Positions 52,101 to 64,000 of a stretch of 64,000 nucleotides of DNA are shown piece by piece; the first letter of the stretch is position 1; every line of letters starts with the position of its first letter. Below the pieces are notes generated by a model, which did no database searches, was not told where the DNA came from, and was given only the letters and a program-made list of their open reading frames with translations. The translations under genes were made by a program, and so were the position numbers. The stretch lies in NCBI GenBank assembly GCA_964188305.1, contig OZ076887.1; one strand, given 5' to 3'. This DNA is from Podarcis bocagei. Taxonomy: Eukaryota.

Positions 52101-52226
52101 ATCAGTTCCTAAGAAAGGCTAGGAACAGAGGCAGCAGCCTGGACAAAGTTAAGCATCAGATTTTACTAAAAGCAATGTATAAAATATAACTGTACATATA
52201 CACAGCACTTTAAACGGAAACTGTTA

Positions 52227-52570
52227 CAGAGACGAATGCCTCGCAAGACGGAAAACCCACTAGGCTAAAGGGTTTTCCGTTTTTGAGCTGATTCGCAAGA
52301 CGATTTTCCCTATGGGCTTGCTTTGCAAGACGAAAACGTCTTGCGAGTGTTCCGATTTTTCCCCCGCTTCCCCCCCTTTTTCTAAGCCGCTAATAGCCTT
52401 TTAGCCGCTAATCCGCTAAGCCTTTAATAGCCGCTAAGCCTTTAATAGCCGCTAAACTGCTAATAGTGCTAATCCGCTAAGCCGCTAATAGGGTTGCTTC
52501 GCAAGACGAAAAAACCGCTAGACGGAGAGACTCGCGGAACCGATTAATTTCGTCTTGCGAGGCACCACTG
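52227..52570. mobile_element. Tigger-like MITE, family A (left TIR partly deleted; internal short tandem repeats)
   Basis: Right TIR cgtcttgcgaggcaccactg+TA; reverse-complement homologue of 58054-58371; gccgctaa-type repeats at ~52382-52490. Confidence 0.85.
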
Positions 52571-53231
52571 TACCTTTTTTTGGTAATTCTACAGTTCACA
52601 AATTTAATGGAAAGTGTACTATTTGTTAGCAATTCCAGAAAAAAACCTGTCTAAGACAAAAGGAGGTTACTAATGAAAGCTTTCTTGACTTTCATTAGTG
52701 CTTGACCTAATACTCCTCTGTTTTAGGGGGGAAACATATATATTAGCCATAGGCGCTGGCTCCAGGGGACAGAGGCCTAGTGCGGAAAAATATAGGGATA
52801 TTGTGCGCCATCACACAGGACATCGCGTTGGGCCCCCTCAATGTTCTTTGTAGGATGGCGCCTGCAATAGCACTCTTAATCTTCGTCACATTCAGCAGAA
52901 GTGAATTATATGTGTTCACCTACCCTCCTGATGTTTTCCTCTGAGTCAGGAATGAGACATAGATATAAGCCAGCACAATTTTCAATATGGCTGCATCAGA
53001 GGAAAAGGACACAGTAAATCACACTCCATCAGATCAGCTGGGACTAACTGCCATTTTGCCTCCTCCTGTCTCATAACTCTATCTGCTATGGCCATTCCAG
53101 CTAGATAAGATCTAGTATGTAACTTTAAGAATTATTTTTCTCCTTTGTATTGTGTCTATTTGACTGCAAGTCTGGACTTGCTTGTTTTTATATCCATTTA
53201 CAGCAATCAGATTTTTTAAAAGCTTGTTACA

Positions 53232-53286
<55 letters not shown>
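53232..53286. repeat. (ATT)n microsatellite
   Basis: Seen directly. Confidence 0.95.
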
Positions 53287-53287
<1 letters not shown>

Positions 53288-53433
53288 AATCCTGTGTTTT
53301 TCCTACCCTCTACTGTTAAGTTCACCAATAGCCTCAAACATCATGTATCCTACATCTGAGATACACACGGAACACAATTCGCCAGCCTCACGTGATAGCT
53401 CTGTTGCTGGATGACCACTTTATGGGTTTAAAT

Positions 53434-53568
53434 CAGGTATCTCCAAACTCGGCCTTCCAGATGTTTTGGGACTACAACTCCCATCATCCCTAGCCAACAG
53501 GACCAGTGGTCAGAGATGTTGGGAATTGTAGTCCCAAACATCTGGAGGGCCGAGTTTGGGGATGCCTG
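53434..53568. mobile_element. Palindromic hAT MITE (135 bp)
   Basis: 8-bp TSD gtttaaat at 53426-53433 and 53569-53576; long self-complementary arms. More degenerate relatives at about 3147-3280, 23011-23128 and 44279-44405. Confidence 0.85.
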
Positions 53569-54101
53569 GTTTAAATGTTTGAATGCTCCCCACATCTTAA
53601 AAAACAGAAACTAAAAAAAACTCTCTTGCATATTCAAACTAGCACACCAGGGTTCTAGCCTATGCTAGCCTTTCCTTGACATGCTGGCTCTGAATGCTCA
53701 GAATGTGAGATAATTCAAACCTTTTATCCCATTTGGTCTGAGAAGCTGCTGACCATGTTTAAAGTGCCTCTATTGAAAGAAGTGAGGCAGGTAACAAACC
53801 AGGCAAAAAGCCTTTTCAGTAGTAGTACACAACTAGTAATGCACCTTTATTCCCAAAAAGGTATGTCTAATGCCATCCTTGGGGTCTTATCAGCTCCAAG
53901 TGAAGATTTTTCTGTTCACTCCGGTTGCTATTTTTAGATAACTCATGAAGTCTGGTCTCAGTTTTTATATCTTTATTTAACTTTGGAGCTGTGGAAAGTT
54001 TTTATTATTGTTTACTTTGTATCTATATTAGCTTTATTTATATTGCTTATGCTTTATTTTTATTCTTTTATTCTTCTACACTATAAGCTAACAAGAGAAT
54101 A

Positions 54102-54343
54102 CAGTGGTACCCCAGGTTAAGAACTTAATTCATTCTGGAGGTCCGTTCTTAACCTGAAACTGTTCTTAACCTGAAGCACCACTTTAGCTAATGGGGCTTC
54201 CTGCTGCTGCTGCGCCGCCGCTGCATGATTTCTGTTCTCATCCTGAAGCAAAGTTCTTAACCCGAGGTACTATTTCTGGGTTAGCGGAATCTGTAACCTG
54301 AAGCACTTGTAACCTGAAGCGTGTATAACCCGAGGTACGACTG
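54102..54343. mobile_element. Tigger-like MITE, family B
   Basis: TA flanks; TIRs cagtggtaccccaggtta and taacccgaggtacgactg. Confidence 0.85.
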
Positions 54344-57300
54344 TACTAAGTTCAAATGTTATAACTAATAATAAAATTAAATTTCAAGCCATTATTTTTT
54401 AAGGAAAGTGAGAGTGGTGAAGTTCTCATGCAGTGCAATACTAAACATATTTACTCAGAGGTAAGTCTCACAGAGCTCAACAGGGCTTGCTTCCTAGTAA
54501 TTACGTATTTCCTTAGGACAGCCATCCCTAAAACTAAAAATGAGTTCGGTGCGTCTTAACAGAAATCAACTAGGTAAGCTATAAATACATAAGCAGCTAC
54601 AGAACAAAGGAGAGAAAATATCAAATACAAATACAGAACCACCTACTCAGATAACCTATCCAGAGGTACTTAAATGTATTCAGCCTCCTGCACCAAGTTC
54701 ACTAAAATAAGCTATTTCAGGCTGGTTTACTGACATTAATGATTTAAAGTGTTCTGGAGCCCTAGGGGAAGGGGAAGGACAAGATAGAAAACATACAGGG
54801 AGCTATTTTGCGCACTGCAGCTTCTTATGTGTTTTTATGTGTCACCTAATAGTAACAGCAAATCCCATTTGCAATGGTATCTGACCAGAGCAATGCTACT
54901 GGGATGAAATGTGAAACCTAGCACGTGCACACCGATACACATCAACACACACAGATACACAAACACGCCCACACCCTAGTGATTTTTAGAAGCCTCACAG
55001 ACAGTATTTTATATCATCAATCAGGAAGAGAGGTATGTGGGTACTAAGTCTCAACGTTTTGTTACGGCAACAAAGGAGTATGAAAGTGGGTTGATAAACC
55101 AAACTAAGAAGCTTACAGAAAGAAGGACTGAGATTTTAAAGCACCAAGTTGTTGGTAGAAATGTAAATATATTTATGTTATATATTTAAGAGAAATAACT
55201 ATTCTATAGGTAAATATGGAAAGTTTTTTTTAACACTATTCTGGTGTTTATGCTGTTAGCAATACACGTGTGCACATACACACATTTTCCTTCAGTTTGA
55301 GTGCACACTTCCATTAAAAATAAAATAAGCTGGTATAAGACTGTTATGGTCATAAACAGAGAGACCCTGAAACACTTCTGATGCCAGTGTGTTTCAGGTG
55401 AAATACATTAATTATTGTCTCCATGAAGTACCACAAAGCGTGCTTATATATATTGAGAGAGAGAGAGTGCACACATTACATTTTTCTTCTTTGGTGGATT
55501 CAAGGCAGCATATCTAAGTTCTCAGCCTTCCATCCAGACACTGATTAGACCAAGACCTGCTTAGTTTCAGGGCAGCTGACTGCATTTCTATATACAGGGG
55601 CAGGCAGAAGGCAGATTGCCATCCACGGGTAGAATAGCAAGTGTGTATTACTCCCAATAATTTAAGAATGGCAATAGCAAAAAGGCTCCTTCCACCCTCA
55701 AACTCGATTTCTGACATGAGGAAAGCTATCAAGAAACTAGGGTCAGATGTCTGTATGACTGGAATGTGAGTTCAGTTCCAGTACTGAAAACTAATTCCTC
55801 AGCTGAGCATAGAATTAGTTTCCTGCTCAGAGACAAACTGTTTCTTAATTCTGAGACCATATCTGTTCCCCTGACCCACTACTGTGCAGCTGATTCTGAG
55901 TGGTAGACCTCAGGATTCTACTAAAAAACAAAGCAGACTCGACAAGCCTGAAATTTGCAAGCCTTTCACCTAAATGTAGCATGACTGTACCATCTGTACT
56001 GCACTGACGCTGGGCTAGTACTGAGGTAGAATTCCTCAAAATAAGGGAACAATTTTAATTTGATATTTGAAAACAGTAAATAAAGTAATCCAGATCAAGA
56101 ATATTCAGCTCTAATCTGGGACTTGTTTCTGTCCCCACTTACACTAATGAATTGCTGGAACTAGTAATAATTTGCCTCCGCACACTGATGAAACATTCAC
56201 AGAGCATCAAGCATCTCCTTAAAATGCTGAAACCTTAATTTATTTATTTTTAAGCAATTAACATAATAAAACATACGAAGTGCATAAGCACTGAAAGTGC
56301 TGACCATTTATAAGCTTTGCTGCAGAGGACAAGAAAACAAGTCATTGCTGGTTTTGCCAATCTTGTTATAAAACTATGTAAATCCAATTTCAACTCAAAT
56401 TTTATTAGGAGAACATTAGCTGGCATCAAGAATTCCACTGCTTTATATAGCCTAGTGTCTGGACTTGGACAGTGTAAGAATTTTAACCCAGTGATGACTA
56501 GTGGATGACCCTCTGCCGTTGTAAGGGTGACGACTCTAAAGTGCTCCACACATCAAGTACTGTACTATGAACATGTCAAAACCGACACCTTATCTTATTG
56601 AAATGCCTTCAAATGAAATATCCAGCTGTCGTGAGTCTCGCAGTGTCATAGGGATCAGGTTTGAATGGGTAAACTCCGGCACAGGAGGGGAGAGAGAGAG
56701 GCGGGAGGAAAGGTTAAATAGTTAAAAATTGGGTGGAGGAGTGGGGGTTAGAAACTCAGATATACAAGTTAATCACCAAATGCCACCTTAAACCTAGGTT
56801 ACGGTCATAGAATCACAGGACTGTAGAGCTGATAGGTACCCCTAAGGGTCATCTAGCCCAACCCCCTGCAATGCTGGAATCAACAGAACATCTAGGAACC
56901 TTATTGCGGGAGTATATCATCATCTTCTCTATACCACTTTATAAGTAAAAAATCTCAAAGCGGTTTACAACACATTTTTAAAAAATCAAATAAAAAAATG
57001 CAGAATAAAACAAATTCAAGCTTCTAAGAAAATATTTCAGATCCTTCTCTGACATTTTGCTTTTCCCATATTTATTTACCTACTTAATTTATATAGCTGC
57101 TCCATAGCAGAAATATTATAGGAAGCCAGTGTGGTGGTGTGGTTGGACTAGGACCTGGGAGATCAGGGTTCAAATCCCCAGTCATGAAGCTCACTGGGAT
57201 GGGAGCCTGGACACGAGCTCTGCATTTAGTTATGCTCATTTCCCCTCCTTCTATTGAGTGAATGGCTTCCAACGAGGTAACATCATTAGCATTCATCCTT

Positions 57301-57689
57301 CCAATGGAAGTTTAATTCATTATATACTTAATTAATGGTTCTTGCCACTGCTAAAATTCTGATATATCACTAGAGGCACACATGCCAAACAACCCAAAGG
57401 CCTTGATATGAAACAAAAGCAGCAACATATTTCTTTACTAGATTGCAGTCACTTTTGGATTCCACAGAGTTAAAAACACAATTAAGAGGAAATGATAAAA
57501 AAGCATACAGAGCATAAAGTCAGAAGAGGCTGTTAATGAGAAGAGGTGCAGAAAGGAAAGAAGCAATGAATTTCAAGTATTGTTTTTTAAAAAATATTTT
57601 CCTGTAGGTCTCCGATCAAAGGGAGGGTGCTAATAATCACATTTCTGTGTGGTTTTCAGTTCTCTTAATGCAGCTCCTTACATAAAGTA

Positions 57690-57914
57690 CAGTGGTACTT
57701 CGGGTTACATACACTTCAGGTTACATACGCTTCAGGTTACAGACTCCACTAACCCTGAAATATTACCTCGGGTTAAGAACTTTGCTTCAGGATGAGAACA
57801 GAAATCGTGCAGTGGCAGCACAGCGGCAGCAGGAGGCCCCATTAGCTAAAGTGGTGCTTCAGGTTAAGAACGGACCTCCAGAACGAATTAAGTTCTTAAC
57901 CCGAGGTACCACTG
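57690..57914. mobile_element. Tigger-like MITE, family B, inverted relative to 54102-54343
   Basis: TA flanks; TIRs cagtggtacttcgggtta and taacccgaggtaccactg; reverse-complement match to the 54.1 kb copy. Confidence 0.85.
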
Positions 57915-58053
57915 TACAGAGAAGAGATAACATGATATCTGCCATATATGTTAAAGTTATCAAGTATTACCCTGAACTATCCACTGGTACACACAAGTGT
58001 GGATTTAATATCTAGAGGCAACAACAGAACACTGAGACAAACAAACCTTTATA

Positions 58054-58371
58054 CAGTGGTGCCTCGCAAGACGAAAAGAATCCGTTCTGTGATTCTCTTC
58101 GTCTAGCGGTTTTTTCGTCTTGCGAAGCAAGCCCATTGACGGATTAGCGCTATTAATGGATTATCTGCTGATCGGATCAGCTGATAAGCGGCTTAGCGGC
58201 TTAGAAAAAGGGGGGAAAGGGGGAAAAAACCAGCAGGAACTCGCAAGACATTGTCATCTTGCGAAGCAAGCCCATAGGAAATTCGTTTTGCGAAGCACCT
58301 CCAAAACGGAAAACTCTTTCGTCTAGCGAGTTTTCCGTCTTGCGAGGCATTCGTCTTGCGGGGCACCACTG
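58054..58371. mobile_element. Tigger-like MITE, family A
   Basis: TA flanks; TIRs cagtggtgcctcgcaagacgaa and ttcgtcttgcggggcaccactg. Confidence 0.88.
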
Positions 58372-59979
58372 TACATTAAAGTGGGTTTAACATGCTGCTC
58401 TGTATTTCATTCATGAGAGCTTTCCCCCAGTCTGCAAAGTAAATACACCTGCAGACCACACAAAACAGGCAGGCAGCTACCATGCAATAGGTTATACAGA
58501 TTTTTAAATTGAGTTATATCTGTGCTCTTGTAAAACTGTGTTTCTGCTGACCTTCTCTAATATATGTTCCAAATTGCTTTCAGTGGGATGCTAGTCTTTA
58601 TTTAATAGCCAGAGCCCAAGGAACATGGAAACCAAAGCAAAAAATTGTTAGTCTCCTGATGAAGAACTTGACCTTTGCTTAGTAAGAAGAGATCAGTTCC
58701 CCCTCCCTCACCTGACCCTTGCAATAAAGGCAGTCACTTTAACACTTTCGTTCAATGTATGAAATATTGCAGGAACCACCCTCAAGTGCATTTACTATTC
58801 TTATGTATAATCACAATTGCTCAAAATACATAATAAAATTCACATTTGCTAAACACTTGCTCTCTGTTCTGATCTGTCCACAGAAGTTTCCACTTCTTGT
58901 AGAAAAATTTAAATAATACAAATCCCTAATATGGTTCTCATTGACAAGGTGTGATCATGTGTTAAAAGCATTCCTATTTGCTCTGACGTGTGTGCTCTAG
59001 AAACTGGGCACTGGTTTTAAGACTGGAAATTCTCCCCCTCCCCCCAACGAAACTGTAATGACCCAATATAACCTGAACTCCTAATGAATTTACTGTCAAG
59101 TTAAGATCACAAAAACCGCAAGTTCATTAGCTGTAAGTGCAGAAAGCCAATGGATTATCCTAAGGATTAGAGGTTTTTTTCACTTGAGGGGTGTTCCAAC
59201 TTCAGAAGACTGTGAAATTAATCTTGCTGCATTAAGGTGCCTGGAGTTGTTGTAACTGTAAACCTTCAATTACATCAACTACTCTTCCAGTGAGACGCCA
59301 CCTAACTAGTCTGTTGTAGAGACAACTGTAGTGACAAATAAATATTTAGTCAATACCAGTGACATGGCTTTGTAAACACTAAACAAAGTGTGGGAGTCCT
59401 ACGTGATCTAGACTTGGGAAACAAAATTAGGACATTTAATAGGTCTGCGTGCTTAATATTCTGGTACTATGTGGCAAACCTTGAGTCTAAAGTAAAGTGG
59501 AGCTTACCTTATTATATGCTAGCCCTGGGATTCTGCAGCTTCACATCCAAGCTGAGAACTGGGCATGGGTATTAAATGTTCCTGCTCAACTAGGCTTGCT
59601 CATCCATAGCAACTATTTTAGTGGGCCTTCTGAATATTATCTATTATAACTCTCCCAGACATTGCTGGCTGCAAAATTTATTAGTGGAAAACCAAAGGAT
59701 CATTGACATCACACTTCACATGCGCTGAGTATTGGGGGGGGGGGGATATACTGACTGTTGAAGAGCCCTGAAACAGACATCAAGCCAAAGGAGTGGCCAA
59801 GACTTTTGTGCTCATCTACTTCCACTCAAAGAGAGCATTTATCAGGAGGGCAAGTTTGACATGAGGGTTTTTTGGGATGTTTTCAATGACAAAAGCGTAA
59901 ACCCAATTTTCATGGGGACCTTAAGCACATGTTAAATACCCTTCACTGAAATTTATTGTGACATAAGGAATTTGTTAGT

Positions 59980-60303
59980 CTGTGGGTTAAACCACAGGGC
60001 CTAGGACTTGCTGATCAGAAGGTCGGTGGTTCGAATCCCCACGACAGGGTGAGCTCCCGTTGCTCCTGCCAACCTAGCAGTTCGGAAGCACATCAAAGTG
60101 CAAGTAGATAAATAGGTACTGCTCCGGCGGGAAGGTAAACAGCGTTTCCGTGTGCTGCTCTGGCTCGCCAGAAGCGGCTTAGTCATGCTGGCCACATGAC
60201 CCGGAAGCTGCACGCCGGCTCCCTCGGCCAATAAAGCGAGATGAGCACCGCAACCCCAGAGTCAGTCACGACTGGACCTAATGGTCAGGGGTCCCTTTAC
60301 CTT
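59980..60303 (+). mobile_element. Sauria SINE, slightly 5'-truncated
   Basis: Aligns end to end with the 48.8 kb copy; B-box ggttcgaatcc; tail ccctttacctt. Confidence 0.9.
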
Positions 60304-61348
60304 AAGGTGTCACAACTTGTTTTTACTTAACTCAGTGGGACTTCAAAGTACTTAACTTTGGCTGAGTCATGCCCCAAATTTGAAGCCCTTTATTGTCCAT
60401 GCCTCACATCAAGTATATGGAGAAGAACAAATCTATATATTTCTTTTTATTTCTATTTTACATTTAGACACAGAAAAGGAAGATTTTCCAAGAGGCACAA
60501 ATGAATGCTGGATGTCCAGTACAACCGGATCAATCTCTATGTTTTCAAAATCTCCCACTAAACTATCAATAGTTGATTATGCTTATAGCAAGTCAAATTA
60601 TTTTCTATTTCTCTTCTATGCCTTAAAAAAATGCCTTGGTAGCCTTAAATATGACACGCAGACATACATTTGTATAATTCTCTTTAATGCTCCGTTACTT
60701 AGCAACACTTAAAAGCAATGCAAGAAATGGGAGGCATCTATAAATTCAATCTAATCCAAAATGAGCAGGTTGGTCTACAAAGACATTTTTGATTTACAGC
60801 CAGCTTGTTTTCCAACTAATTGCAGTCTTCTGTTACAGAATCCTAGAGACTTGCGGTCTCCAACCTAAAAATCAATACAATATGCTGCCAGGAGAATCGT
60901 CTCCTGAACCAAGTGCATTAGCTGGAAGGAAGAAATCTGGCTACAAGCTTTTTGCTTTTCTCCATGGAATTCCACCCGACATCAGGATACTCTACTTTCC
61001 TGCTCTCACATCATTCATCTGCCTTCTTACCATCTTACCTTGCTACTATCATTCAAACTATACCGGCCAATTACAGTTTGAGCACTTAATGCCACTAGAT
61101 AACTAACATATTATGTAACCACTAGTAGATAATCAATATACCCTTTGAACAGATCAGAGAAACTTTTATTAGGGAAACTTCCTACCAGCTCCCTCAAATC
61201 ATCCTGTGAACTCCAAAAACCAGAGCCATCTTGATCAGGGCTGCTTAATCAACAGTTCTATAATTTTTTTTCCACAGGGATCCACAGTAATTATCATGTT
61301 TAGTCTTGATCAAACTCTTCCAAAAGTAGTTCAATAGTTTACAATATA

Positions 61349-61514
61349 CCGTATTTTTCGCTCTATAACACGCACCCGACCATAACACGCACATAGTTTT
61401 TAGAGGAAAATCCGTAGACATGCCACCCATAGGCATTTCCTCCATAACACGCACAGACATTTCCCCTTTCTTTCTAGAAGGAAAAAAGTGAGTGTTATGG
61501 TGCAAAAAATACGG
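61349..61514. mobile_element. Tc2-like MITE
   Basis: TA flanks; TIRs ccgtatttttcgc and gcaaaaaatacgg; internal ataacacgcac present three times. Confidence 0.82.
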
Positions 61515-62184
61515 TATTTAGTTGTGAAACTGCGACTAAGGGACAGTGACTTGTCCAAAGCTTAGTCCTTGGCTAAAGCAGGCAGGATTTGAGACCAGGA
61601 TTCCATTCTCCATTCACATGCTTGCTTTTTGAATTGGAGAAGGGGTTGCTGGGAGTTAAGATCAGCATAAAGAAAATATTTCTGTTTTGGAGATGCATCT
61701 TAAGACATATGTTGCTTCTTTTGCAGGATTCCTCTTCGTTCAGCACCTCAGATTCCCACAGGCAACATAACAGCCATGCAAAATCTTTGCTGAAAAAATT
61801 CTCAACTCAGATAAATGATCTTTTATCATGCTATTTACACCTAATGGCAAAATGTGAGGACCCAATCAGCCAGCAAAGGACATTGCTTGTATTTTAAGAG
61901 TATCCGTACCATTATATAAAAACAAAGGTTTATTGTAATTTTTAAGCACTTGAAATACTGACAAGATACTTGATAGAAACAAACTTTTTTTCCATTAGCA
62001 GAGTAACTGTTGGCACGCCTCTCTGTAACTTTTGCTTTCACAAGGGAAGGGAGCGACTTAAGCTTCACTTCCTCTCCTGGCAGTTTAAACACTGCTTACA
62101 TTGTTTTATGGTTTCCATGGGAAAACAGATCTCAAGCAAGACCCAATTCATGGTCTGGGAGTACTTGAGGCTGAAGTACACTGT

Positions 62185-62250
62185 TGAACCTAAGCAGGTG
62201 TGGATTTGATCAGAACTTTGGATGGGGGACCAGACTACTGGATGCCCCAT
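62185..62250 (+). mobile_element. Degenerate 5S rRNA-derived SINE head (a second copy on the minus strand at ~55513-55570)
   Basis: ctaagcagg...ttggatgggggacc resembles the 5S internal control region (GCTAAGCAGGG...CTTGGATGGGAGACC). Confidence 0.45.
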
Positions 62251-64000
62251 GTAACAGCAGGAATTAGTACATTAAAAAAGCAAGTAAGAAAACAAATCTC
62301 AAGCAACAAATTTAAGTGAAACCTTTTCCACATCTGGCCATCAACTGCAGATCATATAGTGTACACTGGCATTTTTTAAAAAAGTAAGCAAGATGCACAG
62401 GAACAGAACTACTAGATGTCCAAGCCCTTGCTATGCAAGCACAGTGAGGAAATACAAAACACATTGCATAAGCATGCTTCCCATACATATTGTGCCAAGT
62501 TAGGCACAGCAGTCTGTAAGTTGCATCCACGCACTCATCACCAAGGGCTGCCTTGTGAGCTGTGCAAACATCAAAACTGAATATCAGAAGTTGTTAGAAG
62601 CAGACAAGAGGTATAGGGAAGGAAGAAGGGAAAACAGCACTGCACTCTGCCCACTGTCTCCTGAAAGGCATTACTGCAATGGCACAAGGGCCGGGGGGCA
62701 ACAGCACTAGCTCCCATACAATAGTGACTCATTTCTCAACTTGGGCTGCCACAGAACCTGTGAGGAGACAGAGGATTCAGCCGAAACCCATATTCAATGG
62801 GTCCTATGTCTCCTCGCAGGCTCTATGCTAGTTCAAAGAGATGTAAGCATACAAGAAATATCAAGGCTGTGTACACTGGTGTTTAATCCTTGAAACTGCA
62901 GCAGCAAATGGGCTTATCAATCATTTATAAACACCTCTAATGCACAACATTTTATAGCCTTGACTTTTCATTCATGAATATTTAATAAATCATGCCCCAC
63001 AGAGAAAGGGGTCATGTTAGGTATACAGAGAGGTTTGAGGTCATTGCTTATAAAGGGCTCATGGACTAAACTCAAACCAGCATGGCCTAGTAATCATAAT
63101 GTGGTAATCTGTGAACTGCCCTATACCTCTGGGTATAGGGTGGTAAATAAATTCAATTAATAATAATCCTCATGATCCTCTCCATTCAATTCTTGTGAGG
63201 GTCAGGTAGATTGCACATTAAAGATACTACATACACTGTCAAGAGCTACCAAGCATTTGTGAATGAGTGTAGGTTGGACAGAGACAACTCTCCCTTGTCT
63301 CAAGCTCATGATTTCCATATTCTACTTCCAGATTTTGACACTGTCCTCTCTGCAAGGCCATATGGGTACATATAAACACAGGTAAAATGTTCCTTATGCC
63401 ACTACATACAGGAATGCTTACAAAGGAATTGTGGAAAATTAAAAGTCCAGGGGCACCAGTATCATAATGAACTGGCAATAACTATAATGCTACAGTAAAC
63501 ATCATAATTAAAGACTCATAATTTATGACTGGCATTTTATTTCACTGATTCCTTCCTTTCAGAACTGTTTGCCCTATAAGAAAGTATCATTTCATAGCAT
63601 TCTTCTTGCATAAATGAAAGAAAACACAATAGATACTGGAACTGGTGGCATCCTGGGACAAGTCTGCTTTTATGAAAGGAGCTACTTCATTCCTTCCTGG
63701 CATATTCTGAAACTGCCAAGCAAGAGGAAGAACAGGATGGTGCAGAGAGAGAGAGAGGAGGGGTGAGAAGGGCAGCAGTGAAGAGGAAGAATTCTCCTCT
63801 CACTTAGCTGCTCTTCACACTTGAGCCAATCGTGGTAGATGTGGCAATATACCTCCGTGCTGCCTGAACTGTCCTGTGGGAGTGGAAAGGAAAGAGTCAC
63901 AGGGGGATGTGAGCAAGACAGCTCATTCCTTTTGCTCTCTTCCTCCTGAATATTGTCAATGCATTTCAGAAACACGGAGGGGGGGTATTGCTTGATTTGC

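Noticed and set aside
52380-52495. CRISPR-like array
   Set aside because: Eukaryotic context; short degenerate tandem units without unique spacers.
63682-63975. 97-aa minus-strand ORF as a possible upstream CEP85L exon
   Set aside because: No resemblance to the expected preceding exon (recalled as ...SDSGDTGIGTSCSDSVE), which I could not find in 44113-64000; it probably lies beyond the window.

Overview
Vertebrate genomic DNA. The repeat content (Sauria SINEs, Penelope hairpins, TcMar and hAT MITEs, a BovB tail) points to a squamate lizard, probably a lacertid. The minus strand carries eight consecutive internal coding exons of CEP85L (44112 down to 2169), all with GT-AG boundaries and compatible phases; the gene runs off both window ends. 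Phospholamban (PLN) is nested antisense in the ~27 kb intron (16091-43327): promoter and non-coding exon 1 at ~30.2-30.36 kb, and a 52-codon CDS at 35351-35509 that the ORF track misses. Most other ORF-track entries are spurious. Most interesting observations: (1) two Penelope-type fold-back insertions containing minimal hammerhead ribozyme motifs; (2) a TA-flanked DNA-transposon element carrying rearranged 18S rRNA pieces; (3) a candidate 33-nt stop-containing (poison) microexon in CEP85L; (4) nested inverted MITE pairs that could form long pre-mRNA duplexes. Gene and repeat family names come from recall of known sequences, not from database searches.
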